A DNA stretch of 51,356 nucleotides. Origin: Chiloscyllium plagiosum. Its lineage: Eukaryota. The stretch spans positions 56,306,123-56,357,478 of the forward strand of contig NC_057719.1 of assembly GCF_004010195.1 (NCBI RefSeq), given 5' to 3'. Shown here one piece after another: positions 12,081 to 24,960 of the stretch (the first letter of the stretch is position 1; each line of letters begins with the position of its first letter). Position numbers and translations under genes: made by a program. The notes under the pieces are model-generated. The model had not been told where the DNA came from. It worked only from the letters and a program-made list of their open reading frames with translations, and did not search any database.

Positions 12081-12496
12081 TCAATTTTCTTGATTTTGTG
12101 ATCCAATATCATGTTGACATTGTGTTAGATTGAAGATTTGAAACTACCCAACATGCTTCAATAAAGAGGGAAACTCAATTACTTGGTAAAACCTGGTGCA
12201 TATTATGTATGAAGATTTGAGGCTCTTTGTTTTCTTGAGTGCAGCTTTGACCCTGTAGCTAATCCTACAAAGAGGTCTTTGTTTACTGGAAGACTGAAAC
12301 TTTGTTAAGAAATTGTACTTAACCATCTAAAATAAATTGCTGAGGGAAACTAATTGCTTATCATATGATTTTCTTACAGTAATGGCTTATACACTGACTT
12401 TTGTTGATTTAATCTTTTGAAATATAAACATATTTATAGGGAAAAAGGAGGAACTGGCTATTGAGTCAGATGATTGGCTATGATCATGATGAATGG

Positions 12497-12766
12497 TTAG
12501 AGACAAAAACACTGCAGATGCTGTAATCCCAAGTAGACAGACAGGAGGCTGGAAGAACACAAAGCCAGGCAGCATTGGGAGGACAAACTAGGTCGTACTC
12601 TGCCTGTCTTTACCTAGCCATACTTCATCCTGCACCTGTCACCTTTATCTGCAGCTTCCCTTACACCTACCCCAGTCCTGAAGAAGGGTTACACCCAAAC
12701 ATTGACTTCTCCACCTCCTAATACTGCCTGGCTCGCTGTGTTCTTCCAGCCTCCTTCCTGTCTACT
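12497..12766. mobile_element. Fold-back Penelope-type remnant inserted in a CR1 3' tail
   Basis: 10-bp TSD TGATGAATGG at 12487-12496 and 12767-12776. Inverted arms aggaggctggaagaacac / gtgttcttccagcctcct. Degenerate hammerhead AGTC-CTGAAGA-AGGGTTACACCC-AAACATT-GACT at 12674-12707. Confidence 0.8.
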
Positions 12767-14379
12767 TGATGAATGGCAGAGCAGGCTGAAGTGGCCAAAT
12801 GACCACCACCACCACCTATTTCTGTTTTACATTGATTTGCTGTGTTGATTTTATATTGGTAAGTGGGATAGACAAGTTCTAAGAAATAAATCCTCTCTCA
12901 ATTAAAAGTTGGGAAAAAAATATTTGAGTACACAAATTAAAAGCCATGTATTACTGGTTGCTTTCTTGCAAATTAATCTTGACATAATTTGTTGAATCTC
13001 CCAAGATGAGATGTAAAGGAGAATGGGGGGCAGTCTGTTCATCTCTGAAACTCAGCTCTTTCTGACTATACTTGGGCCAAGGCTGTACTGAAGTTAGAAG
13101 CTGAGTGACCCTGACGGAACACAAACTGGGCATCACAGCGCAGATTATTCCTGAAGTGGTGCTGTTTGATAGTACTGTTGACAATCAAAAGTAGACTGAT
13201 GGGGTGGTGATTGGCTGGATTGGATTCACTCGGCTTTTTGTATACAGGACGTGCCTGGCAATTTTCCACGTAAATGTCAGTGTTATAGCTTTCACTTGTA
13301 TTTTGTTCAACTTGTATTTGCTTCTTTAGAAAACATCTTAAAGCTATGAAATCTGGTTGATCCACTTCCAGAAGGAACTGTTTCTCCCTAGAAACTTTGT
13401 TCAGACTCCACATGATTCTGAAAACCTCAGAAATCTCATCCATGGAACCATAATAATAAACCATTTCTGCATTCTTTCCAGTGTGTTTACATTCCTTCCT
13501 ATAGTGTGGTGCCAAGAATTATACATAATACTCCAGCTGAGGTCTAATCAGTGTTTTTGAGATTCATTATAACCCTGCCTTATACTCTTGCACCTATTAA
13601 TGAAACCTGTCAAACTGATCAAGGATGTCAGAACAGGATCAAGGGGCAGAATAGCCTACTGCTACTGCTAAGTTTCTTCTACTGCCTTTAAAGCAAATAA
13701 GAACGTGGAACAAATGCTGAGAGCCAGAGATGCCCATATTTCAAGATTCTTGAAAAAATATTGCCAAGCAATATCTTCAGGTTTTAACTGTTAGGGGTTT
13801 TAGTCTAATCACTTTTATATTTTTACCCGGTATGGTATTTACTTTTCTCTCTGCCAAATTAGATATTAGCAGAGAGATTAATTTTGTTACTTTTTTTTCC
13901 TCCCCAAAGTCCTTGTACCATTTTATAATACATCCTTGCCCAGTCAAGTGCAAGTATGCAGCTCTTGCAGTGTTCACTCAAGTCACAGATCTGCTCCTTC
14001 ACTTGCTGTGAAATTACCTCTCATTTTAGGAAACTTTGGGCTCAATGTCATTGTTATTAAACAGGTAAAGACGATGTACTGCAGAAAATTATGGCCCAGT
14101 GTCTTGAGTCTTGACTCAGTTTTAAGGATGAAAGAGAATTCCTCTTGATATTGCTTCTTTGGTCTTTCAGCAAGCCTTTGATACAATCCTCTCAGGACAA
14201 ATAAGCAACTGACAAAAACTTTTTATAAAATGTGGCAGTTTGTTGGCCTGAGGGTGAACAGAGTTCATCGGTGATCAGGATTTTGAAAACAACTGTAGGA
14301 ATCATTCTAACTAAGGGAGAGCTGTAGATGCCTAAGTTATTTTAGTATTCTACAGATACAGGAAGGCCTTAAAAATACT

Positions 14380-15980
14380 AAAGAAGACAATGTTTGAAGT
14401 TGGCAAGCCACCAGGACTGGATCAGATGCATTGCAGCATACACAGAAAAGTAAGAAAATGCGGAGGCATTGTTTATAATCTTCCAATCCTATGAAAAGGA
14501 GGTGTCTGAGATCTGGAGAATTTACGTTTGCACCCTTGTTCAAAAGATATTGTAGTAGTAACAACATAATTTAATCTTCCTGGTGGTAAAGCTTTTAGAA
14601 ATGATTATATTATCCTGGATTCACAATCGAATGGACAGCAGTGGATTAAGCAAAGAGATTGTTTGAAGGCAAGTCCTGATTAATTAGCTTGATTTAATAC
14701 ATTGATAAGGTTATTGCAATTGATGTGTCAGTGGACTTTCTAAAGGTGTTTGACCAAGTGCCACGTAACAGGCTTGTCAACAAATTCAAAGTTCATGGAA
14801 TAAAAAAGAAAGTGGCAGATGCGATATGAAGTTGAGTGAGTGACTGGAAGCAATATTGGTGAACAGTTATTTTCTAGACTGTAGGAAGGTATTCTAATAG
14901 GAGGGCCACTACTGTATTGATTAATACACTTAGGTTTGCAGGGTACGATGTCCTGATTTGTTGATGACACAGTTGACCACACTGAACTGTGAGGAGGCTA
15001 GTGAAAGATTTCAAGCGAGCGTAACAGGCTGGTGGCATGAGTGAATTCATAGCAAATGACATTTAGTTCTGGGAAATATGAAGTGGTACATTTTGGTAGG
15101 AAGGATGAGAAAAAAATAAGGTAAAGGATGTATTCTAAAAGTAATAGTTTGATAGTACTGAACATTTCAACTTATGGTCAGGCTAATTCATAATTGTCAA
15201 TAGAGGGAAATCAACACATACTGTGTAAGACAAGAATACTGGTTAGATGGCAAGTGGACTCCAATTGGCAAAGATATTGCAATGGGGAATGCACCAGTTA
15301 ACATTGATTACTTTGACAACAGTCTTTTCTCAGCCAAACTCTAATACTAAAACTGGAGGAATGGAGTGACCTGGGGGGTTATATGGGCAGAAGATGAAGG
15401 TGGCAGGGCTGATCACGAAAGTAGCTAGTAAAGGGTATGAGATCCTGGGCTTTGTAAACTTAAAGTACAAATGAAAAGTACAGTACAGCCTTATCCAGCA
15501 TTGCTTCCGCCTCAACACAAGAATTGTGTCCAATTCTGCTTTTTAAAGCATGTGGAAAAAAGTGGTTTCAACGAGGAGCTTGAATCATTTGGATGGATTT
15601 GAGAAGCTGGAACTGTTTTCCCTGGAGAAACTAAAGTTGAGACGAAATTTGATAAAGCTGCTCAAAAGCATGAGGGGTCAGATCAGAGTAAATAGACATT
15701 CTTCACATGGATAGAAGATTTGAAAACCAGGGGTCACTGATTTAAAGTGAATTAGAAAAGAACCAAATTTAATGTTAGGAAAAGTATATTTTATGCAACA
15801 AGTTGTTACATTTGGAATGCAGTGTAATGGAGGAAGATTCAGTTGTAGCTTTTCAAATGGAATGGGGATAATTGGTCGAAGAGAAAATATTTGCCAGAGT
15901 CCAAGAAAGTGTGACGAGCTGAGTTACTCTTTCAGCGAACCAGGATGGAAAAGGTTTCCTTTGCTCTATCCATTGTAGAC
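14380..15980 (+). mobile_element. Degraded CR1 LINE fragments (RT to 3' tail), interrupted at about 15140-15330
   Basis: NVTPLFK-like (tttacgtttgcacccttgttcaaaa) and DFxKVFDQVP-like (gactttctaaaggtgtttgaccaagtgcca) segments; CR1-type tail. Confidence 0.65.
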
Positions 15981-16809
15981 TTATTAAGACATAAAATTAA
16001 GCAAGCTGGAATAAAGCCCATACTTCACTAAATTGCAAAGCACACAGATCTATTTTAGCACAATATGCAATGTTTCTTTCAAGCTATAATGAACTAAGGG
16101 CATTTTAAAAGTCGCTTGCAGTACTATTGACAGTTTATATTGCAATGACCCTGACTGATGCTATTAGTGGATAAGTTAGATCGCAGAGTGAAATCTGTCT
16201 GATAGATCATGTTTCAATTTTTTTTGGTTTTAAGGCGATGGTGTTTCACTTAAACCCATATCTGCAGTATTGTGTATTGATTTTAACAATAAAACAAGTT
16301 TATTATGCAAATGAAATGAAGACAATATAGAACAAACTATTTACATGTTATAGTTAAAATTTCAAAACACGCTGTATAATCCTAACAGAATCTCTTTATC
16401 ATATTCAAATGCCAGTGAGAGTCTCTTGATGGATCACTGTCCATTCCTCATCACCTGACATTTGAGATGGTCTTCATTTTCTCATTAAGATCTGGTCTTC
16501 CAAATATTAACATTCAGATAGTGTTTCTGATCCATTCTCTGAGTAGGCTGTTTGCTATAATGTGTTTAATTTGTTGTATTTCTAACAAAGAAGATGGGCT
16601 GAACATTCTTGTTTAAAAAGGATGAAGATAGTTAAATTGTCAATATTTGGATCCAGTAACTGAATTTCCAAATTATCTTTGTTTCATAAAACACTTTTTC
16701 TTGTTTAATTTTATGGCCTTCTGATCTAGTCACAATACAGTCAGGAAACAAACCAGATGTTCCTCTTATAACAGTCTAGTTCTATCGCCACTAGTTGGTG
16801 AAGACAGTA

Positions 16810-18170
16810 TTGCATAGGAATTAGAAGTGGGATAAAGCAATTCAGCCCTTACAGCCCACTTTGCTATTTAACATATCATGGCTGATCTTATCCTGGTTTC
16901 ACCTGCTTGCTGCCCATAGCCCTTTATCCTGCTTTTCAACAGAAACATCGATTTCTTTATTGAATTTGTTGATTGATTCTATCTTCGTTACATTCTGGGG
17001 CAGTGAATTCCACAGATTCACAGCCCTCTGAGGTAGTTTTCCCTCATTTCAGTTTTGAACCTACCTCCTCTCACTCTCGGTCTATGACCTCTTGTTCAAG
17101 ACTGTCCCATAAGGGAGAATGTCTATTCAACATCTCCCTTATCAATCTCCTTTAGCATTTAATAAGCTCAATCAGAACCCCCTTCATTCTTCTGAACTCC
17201 AGCGAGTACAAGCCTAAGCGATTCAACTGTTTCTTGCGCTTTCGTCTTTCGAATCAATCTGGCGAACGTCCTCTGAACTGTCTCCAGTGCCACCACATCC
17301 TTCCTCAAGTAAGGAGATCAAAGCTGCACACTACTCCAGGTGTGATCTCACCAACACCTTTATATAATTGCAACAGCACTTCTTTAATTTTATAATCCAG
17401 TCCTTTTGCAATAAATGACAGGATTCCATTTGCCTTTTTTATTATATCCTGCACATGCAAACTCAATTTCTGAGATTCATGCACAAAGACATTCTTATCC
17501 CTCTGCACTGATGCACTTTGAATCTGCTTCCCCTTTAAATAATAATTTGCCCTCTTGTTTTTCCAACCAACATGGACAACCTGACACTTATGCACATTAA
17601 ACTGCATCTGCCAGATTCTGGCTTGTTCTCCTCGGCTATCAATATCCATCTGTAAACTCTTTATCTACTCATTATAGCTTGCTTTCCCATCTATTTTATT
17701 ATAATCTGCACATTTTCTATGTTACACTTTGTCCTTGCTTGCAGATCATTTATATAGATTGTAAGTAGTTGGGGTCTGAGAACTGAACCCTGCAACAACT
17801 CACTAGTTCCATGTCACCATCCAGAGAAGGACTCATTTATTCGATCCTCTGCTTTCTGTCAATTGATCCTCTGTTCAACCAACATTCAACCCCCTGGGAT
17901 CTAATCTATTGGATCAGTCTTTTATGCAGCACCTTTTCAAATGCCTTCTGGAAGTCTCGATGCACTACATCCACCGGATCCCCATTATCTACCTTGCTGG
18001 TTACATCCTTAAAGAACTCCAGCGAGTTTGTGAAGCACGATTTGCCCATCATGAATTTGTGCTGATACTGGGAATTGAGCCTTGTTTTTTCCAAGTGTTT
18101 AGTTATTCCCTTTTTGATAGATTCCAACTTTCCCACTACAGAGATCAAATTAACTAGACTATAGGTTCCC
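16810..18170 (-). mobile_element. CR1 LINE RT and 3' fragment
   Basis: Minus-strand ORFs QHKFMMGKSCFTNSLEFFKDVT...DVVHRDFQKAFEKV and WQMQFNVHKCQVVHVG...KKANGIL. Confidence 0.88.
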
Positions 18171-18214
18171 TTTTTTTTTGCCTTTTATGAATAAGGATGA
18201 ATAATTTGAATAAT

Positions 18215-19425
18215 ATTCTTGAACCTGCAAGATCATTTCCCAAATAAAAGTCAATTTCTTGTATTATTATTTGTTTTGCTAACTCCACTACAACTTACCA
18301 ATTCACCAAGTCATTCTTAATTCTGTTCTTTATGAAACTGGTTTATAACCCCCAGACACCTCCAATTAATCTTTATTTTTCCTTCATGAACCCCTCTGGG
18401 TGACAAATCGTACTTTCAGCCAACATTAGTGACTAACTTGCCCAGATGTTTAATATCTTTACCTCCTTGATTTGAAGCATAAGAAAATTTATTTTGAGGT
18501 GACATGATCAGAACCTCCAATAAGATGATTCTCATCACTATTAGAAATAAAATTGTCATGACTGACTTAAGCCATCAATGGGATGATGGCTGATATGTGG
18601 CCCAACTTGATATATATTGGCCTTAATGTCTTAACAAATCTTTATCTCCCTTCTTGCCTTATAACAAAACATACTTTCTTCAAACTACTATTGCAATTTT
18701 ATTATCTACTTCCTTTCCTGCCACACCCCCCCCCCCCCCCCCAGCCCACGCATGCAGTTCTCCACCACCTCCACCCACCAACCCCCATTACAGAATATAT
18801 CATTGACATTCCTACCACTGTAATTGCTCTCCTATTTAACCTCCAGCAATTGGCTTTGGTATGTCCAGTCTTCTTACAATGGAATCATGTCACTTCCTTT
18901 ATATCACTTATTGGTGCTAGCCTGTTTCTTTCATATTGTCCACCTATCTGTTCTCTTAAACCTGTACCTGTACCTCTTCTATTCTTCTTTGCTCTCAGGT
19001 GGTCCATAGTCAGCTCATGGTCTCTAATTTCCCTCTCGCTGGAGTTCAAATTCCATTTTTTTCTCTCTTTTCATTTCAAGTTTTCTTAACTCTTATGACT
19101 TAGTCTCTGTGTACCACTCTTCTCTAACTCACAAGTACTTTAATTTCTAACTGTAACTTGGTGAATTCCAGTTGTGATATCCCAATTTCTTGTTTCCTTT
19201 CTTCCCGTTCTAAATTTTGAATCTTTACAAGGTCTCCTTTTACTGCTGCCTTCAATTAGTTTGCTTAATCTCTCAGTTTACCTTCATTTCAAAAATTTCA
19301 AAGAATTCAGTTATACATTCCCACCTCCAGAAATCTCTTAAAAACATTCAAGGCCATCTTCCAGTTTCCAAAGCAATAAACCATCTCAATTCTGAACGGT
19401 GTCCAATGCCCCCACATTACTGTTG
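18215..19425 (-). mobile_element. Decayed Gypsy/Ty3 (Gmr1-like) LTR retrotransposon gag-protease relic
   Basis: Minus strand, in order: coiled-coil-like ELRKLEMKREKK; zinc knuckle *FHCKKTGHTKANCW (18843-18887, CX2CX4HX4C with the first Cys as TGA); protease-like EVKILNIWAS*SLML; and QEIDFYLGNDLAG (about 18220-18262). Confidence 0.75.
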
Positions 19426-19469
19426 CTTTGGAAGGGATGACACAGACCCCTCTTAAATCCAATGATGTC

Positions 19470-19970
19470 AAAAATCCGGGGGTTGGGATTGAGATAAAGT
19501 GGGGGGAGGGGAAATTAGGAAGTTGGAGAAATCTACATTCATCCCGTGTGGTTGGAGAGTTCCTAGGCGGAAGGTGAGGTGCTCTTCCTCCAAGCGCGTG
19601 TGGCCAAGGTCTGGCTGAGATAAGGTGGGGGGAGGGGAAATGAGGAGCTCAGTCCCAACCCCCGGACTCAGGACCGCCCTCTTAACCTGCAATCTTCTTC
19701 CCGACCTCTCCACCCCCACCCCCTCTCCGGCCTATCACCCTCACCCACACCTCCTTCCACCTATCATATTCCCAGCGCCCCTCCCCCAAATTCCTCCCCC
19801 CCCCCCCCCACCACCTTTTATCTCAGCCCGCTAGCCTCATTCCTGAAGAAGGGCTTATGCCTGAAACATTGATTCTCCTGCTCCTCGGATGCTGCCTGGC
19901 CTGTGCGCTTTTCCAGCGCCACACTTTTCATCCCTGGTCTCCAGCATCTGCAGTCCTCACTTTCCCCTAG
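19470..19970. mobile_element. Rearranged Penelope-like fragment (GIY-YIG C-terminus inverted, forward C-rich tail)
   Basis: The minus-strand peptide RLEEEHLTFRLGTLQPHGMNVDF is followed by a forward tail with a degenerate hammerhead CTGAAGA-AGGGCTTATGCCT-GAAAC-ATT (19843-19870). Confidence 0.8.
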
Positions 19971-22039
19971 TTGATGTTATTACTGGATAAATCGGATGCC
20001 AAGTTGAAATCTGGGTTGATAGAACATATTTTGTTGAGAGTTTCTTATGCTTTTTAGGAGGTGGTATTTCATTGAAATACAAATGCACAATGCTTCAGAT
20101 TTACATTTAATAATAAAATAGGTTATAATGCAAGACGTGAAGACAGGATGAACCAAACTACGTAAAATGTGTGTGTAAAGATGTCACATGGTAAAAAAAA
20201 ATTCCATTTATCCTAACAGCATTCTATTACAGTATTCAAAGACCAGAGTGAATTCGCTTCTCTATCCCACACAGGGTTTGATTTAGCTTTGGTTTCAATT
20301 CCAAGTGAGAATCAAAAAGTCTCTTTCTTGATTTGTCACGCAACTGAGGTTGGTCTTCTCAGCTTCACCCTTTCCTGGTTTTAACCGAAGCTCCTTACAT
20401 GAGGTAATCTCTTTGTTAACAGCCCTAAACTATGCCCATTTCTCAGGAACAACTATTTAACACCTTCAGCTTCAGCCAGGATTTATGCAAAATGCTGATT
20501 GAAACTAAAAGACTCCCTGAAACAAAATAATCAAACCTTATCTACCTAGACTAAAATCCTCATGCCCTACTGTTTATTTGTTCTTAAAAACTTCCTATTA
20601 GCTTCCCCAAACAATCTCTCTCAGGCTGTATAAAAATAAAGTCACCATAGCTACAGAAATGCCTACAAGTTAATCATTAAACCCTTTAGACACACAGAAA
20701 ACCCATATAGCAAAAAGTTCAAAAATCAAAAATCCAAACAAGTTATTATAATATGTAAAAATCATCTGAAATTAACATAAGAAAGCCAGTCCCATAGAGT
20801 GGTTGAGTTACCTCCATCTAAGTATAATGTAATTGAAAAGGCTATGGGCCAAGTGCTGGAAAATGGGTTTAGAATAGTTAAATGGTGGTTTTTGACTGGC
20901 ACAGGCTTAATGGGCTAAAGGGTGTTTTTCCATGCTGTGGACCTCTATGTGATTCTGTATGATACTTTAAAAGCAACAAGTTCTATTGAAATTTACTTTA
21001 TTAATTTTTTTCAAAAGTTAATCTCTTGAGGCTGCTCTATTACGCAAGATTATTATTACAATGAGTCTGAAACATGTCTAACCTAAGAATGACTATTTGT
21101 CTGATGTCAGGAGTTCCAATAAACTATTTTGTTCACATATTATTGTAGAATAGAATACTAGATACTATACATAATATAGAACAAAATATTACAGAATACA
21201 GTTTACAGGGAATTTGCCTAGGAAGTTTAAACTCTGGTGAGCAATTACCCAGCACCTGGAACCCTCCAAAAAGTTCCCAACATCTACAGCTAGCGACTTT
21301 GGAGATTTTGACTTACTGAATAGCTGCCTGGAAAAGTTAGCAGGAATTCCTGACTAAGTATGAAGCTGACACCCCAATCACACACAACTGGCAGGAATAC
21401 AAAACACTTCTATTTGTTTTTAAATGAGTAAATTCTCAGTCAAAATGTCATATCACTTCTTATTCACGTCTCTTTTTGTTGTTTCAAGAATGATTTTTGT
21501 ATGAGATACTTTTCATGTTCAAATAGAAGAGTTTATATTCTGGTTGGATTCGAGCTCTGAACAGTGAAATCTTTCATTTTCTCTTGAGCCTATTTTGAAT
21601 GTCCCTGGTTTAATTACTTCTGACTGACGTTCACAACATTCTTGATTTGGATTTATATTTTCCATTCCAAATTTTTTTGTCTCTCCCACAATTCATAAGC
21701 CTCATTTGTTCGATCATTTTTGGATATTAAACAGTCTTTTGGGAACTTCCTGACTTGTTTGGATTCCTGCTGTTGTGTCCTATATTTTACATTGGCAATC
21801 ACTCTTTATTTGATGTTAGTTGTCATTGGCCTTTCAATCCCACTTTGAGATCTCAGTCCTCACCAGTGAAAGGCCTTATTAGACAATTCGGCAAGCATTT
21901 ATATATCTTCCTTACTTCTATTGCTGATGTGGACACTCATTAATGCTTTTGCATGAGTTTTTTTTAATCTGGATTACAAATAAGGAGAGTTTATACTCAC
22001 AGAAATAACTTTCAGAATTGTGGAATGCCTTCCTAGATA

Positions 22040-22390
22040 ATGGAAAATTGTATTGTTTGCTAACTCATTTCCCAATATAAAATCAATATTTTTAACAGGT
22101 GATTTAGGAACAGTCTCAACTAGACAAGAGCCCTTTATCACAGCACAATTTAAATGCACTTTATGCAATTGGAAAGGCACATATTTTCTATCAAAACCCT
22201 GTAATAATAATTTTGATTCCATGAACTTTCAGAAGGAAGGCCCAATCTTTGCTCACTGTAAGTTCAGAGCTGAATCAATATTTCTCAGGATAGCAATCTT
22301 TCTATTTCTAGGCACTTTTGGATAAAGTTGGAGTGACATGCTCTTCAAATATAAACCAATCAATTACCCATGGTGAAAATATTAAATACA
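22040..22390 (-). mobile_element. Second Gypsy (Gmr1-like) protease relic
   Basis: Minus-strand LLQGFDRKYVPFQLHKVHLNCAVIKGSCLVETVPKSPVKNIDFILGNELA, preceded by KIAILRNIDSA (a degenerate ILRDTGA-type site). Confidence 0.65.
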
Positions 22391-22529
22391 AAAGATTTCT
22401 CACAAGCTTCATTTTCTCCTGCAGATTTCTGTATGGAAATTATTATCATTTTCACCAGTGTTACTGATTCAACATGAATTTGCTTTCCCTCCTGGCGAAT
22501 CAATAGCTACTAATGGAGGCCTTAGTAGC

Positions 22530-22770
22530 TGACCATATATTGGTTGTGGTAGCAGCCCATGTGTTGGATCTGTGAAAAGGACTTGGGAAAAAGTGTTGAG
22601 GCCTTATAATTATTGAACTTGACATTGAGTCCTGAAGACTTCAGGGTCCCGAAATGGAAAATGAGATGCTGTTCTTGAGCACTACAGCAGCTCCAAGACT
22701 GAAATGTTGGCCAGGGACCATGCAGATGTGTTAAAGTGGCAGGCAAACGGAAGCTCAGTGTCATTTCTGC
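22530..22770 (-). mobile_element. Degraded Penelope-like GIY-YIG C-terminal fragment
   Basis: Frameshifted minus-strand peptides LPFACHFN...LANISVL and EQHLIFHFGTLKSSGLNVKFNN resemble the EEHLTFRLGTLQPHGMNVDF segment at 19500-19600. Confidence 0.65.
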
Positions 22771-23872
22771 AGGCAGGATGCAAATAGTTTACATTTCGTC
22801 TCCCCGGTGTCGAGGAGATCACATTATAATCTGTGAATACAATGGTATCAGCCCTGATCTGCACCACATACTGATGCTCCTCCCAGATCCATACTCGCCC
22901 AACCTGAATGTTCACAGGCAAGAACAAGAGTTCGAGACACAGCCCTCATCTGATTGGCTTATTCGCACAGGGCTGAAAGTCCACTTGAAAAATAGCATTC
23001 TCAACCGTGACGAGTAGAACCCAGCATAAACAATTGTCAAATATACTGAACAAGCTCATTTTTCAGGACTATCTTACTTTGTATATTTTAGTTTGAATTT
23101 TAATCTCTCTGTATGGGAATAGTTGCAGGAACTGTTCAGAAAGTAAATGACTTGAAATAGATCAATAGATCAATGTTTCTGCTTACTGGAAACGTTCAGG
23201 TGTGTGTCTATTGTTAGCGTACAACAATTTCAACAGGAGCTCTTTCAGGCACAGATTTCTCAATTTGGAAAGATAATTAATGGGCAGACTAACGTGTGAC
23301 TGGACACTACGCAGTTGCTGGGTCCAAGGTTATGGTTGATAGTTTTTCAGTAAATAACTATCTTTCCGCTGTGGAAAAGAATACTGGAAAGTCCACTGAG
23401 TCGATGGTGATGAGAAAGTTGTGCCTACGAGTTAGTTTTTGATGCGGTTCTAAAAACCTTGTTTAACCTTGAGGCATTTAGTGACCGAATTAATGTTATT
23501 TTCTCTCAAATTTGCCCTCCGGCTTGTATTTTCATTTTAAAGTTGTGTAGATTCAGTTATGTGCGCTCAGCTTCCATCAGATTTGGAAAAATGGCAGCGA
23601 AACTGAAGAAAGCTTAACGCTGTGATTTTTAAAAATTATTTTTATAACCATTTTTGTAATCTGCAAGGTGGTAAGGGGAATGTCCAAACAGTTTTAAAAA
23701 GCAAGAGCTAAGTGAAGAGCAGAATAAATCATGGGTCGTTAAGTGTTATTTTGAAGCGATGCGTAACCTTAGGACCAGGACGCTGTTGAACTGGACAAAT
23801 CACTCGGTGTATTTCTGATTTCAGATATTCCAAGTTCCAGGTTTGATGATTTACTTGATCAATTTCTACAGA

Positions 23873-23885
23873 GTTAATCATTAAG
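23873..23885. promoter_or_regulatory. Candidate HNF1 binding site in the MIA2 proximal promoter
   Basis: GTTAATCATTAAG differs from the palindromic HNF1 consensus GTTAATNATTAAC at one position; it lies 213-225 bp upstream of the MIA2 ATG, in a locally CpG-enriched region. Confidence 0.65.
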
Positions 23886-24097
23886 CACTTTAGCGAGCTA
23901 CAGTCCAAGGACACATCGCAATTTACGTTTCCAATTCTTTTAAAAAAAGAGCTCTCTATTTGAAGGACAGCAAGTGATAGCATTGTTGGGGGTACCCAGC
24001 TGTCTGGAAGAAAGTTTTCTTTTCCCGATTTCAGTGCTGCTTAGTGATTTACCTCCAGCTTCTGTCGCCCGACGCCGGGAAAGAAGATTGGACAGAC

Positions 24098-24212
24098 ATG
24101 GCGCAATCTGCCGCATTCACCATCTTAGTCTTACTGCTTCTACAGTTCATCCCATATCACAAGTGTTCAAAACTGTCTGACCTAAAAATATGTGGAGATC
24201 CTGAATGTGAAC
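24098..24212 (+). CDS. MIA2: MIA2/TALI coding exon 1: signal peptide and start of the MIA SH3-like domain (MAQSAAFTILVLLLLQFIPYHKCSKLSDLKICGDPECE)
   Basis: Kozak-like gacATGG; hydrophobic signal peptide; MIA-family motif LSDLKxCGDxEC; donor C|GTAAGT at 24213 (phase 1). Not in the ORF track because it is under 60 aa. Confidence 0.93.
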
Positions 24213-24604
24213 GTAAGTGATCTACTGTGCAGTCGATGTTAAATCAAAATAAGACGTTTGATTTCCAAGATTGATAGAAATTTGAAAGCCACTAGATAAA
24301 TTTTAGAAGCTTCCGGCAAGAAATACCGCGTGACAGTTCGCGTCCATATTATAAAAGGGATGTCATGACAAAATTTCTGACCGAGCTTCTCTTATATGTG
24401 TTCTATTTGAGTCAATAACGAAGCAGAAGGGTAAAAACAAGTTTAAAATTAAATTCCATTGTCACCAGGATGTTCATTTACAAGTATTCTTCCTCATTAA
24501 ATTTACCTTTTATTGATTTGAATTCAAATTGATTTGAATTTGTGCTTTGGTCTTTGCCCAATTTTGTTTAGTTCAATTAGAAATAGAACTATCTTTTTAT
24601 ATAC

Positions 24605-24960
24605 CACATATACAAGACAGTAAAAAGTAGGAACTGGAGTCCGCTGGTTGAGTCCCTCAAGCCTGCTCCACCATTCAACAAGATCAGGGCTGTTCTGACT
24701 TGCCTCACATGTACTTTCCTGCAGTTTTCCCATAACCCTTGATTAAAAATCAGCTTTAAATATACATCAGGCCATTGCCCCCACAGCTCCCTGTGGCAAC
24801 GAGTTCCAAACACCCTCAACCCTCTGAGAGAAGAAATTCCTACTGAGTCTTAAGTTGGTGCCCCTTTATTCTGAGACCATGTCCTCTGGTCTGAGACACC
24901 CCCAATGAGAGGAAACATTCTCTCAGCATTTACCCGGTCAAAAGCCCTTAGGAATCATTA
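24605..24960 (-). mobile_element. CR1 LINE 3' end
   Basis: Reverse-complement CR1 tail (agcctgctccaccattcaacaagatc...ctctgagagaagaaattcc). Confidence 0.7.

Noticed and set aside
18583..19089. 168-aa Pro-rich/hydrophobic + strand ORF
   Set aside because: It spans a poly-C run and is antisense to the Gypsy gag relic.
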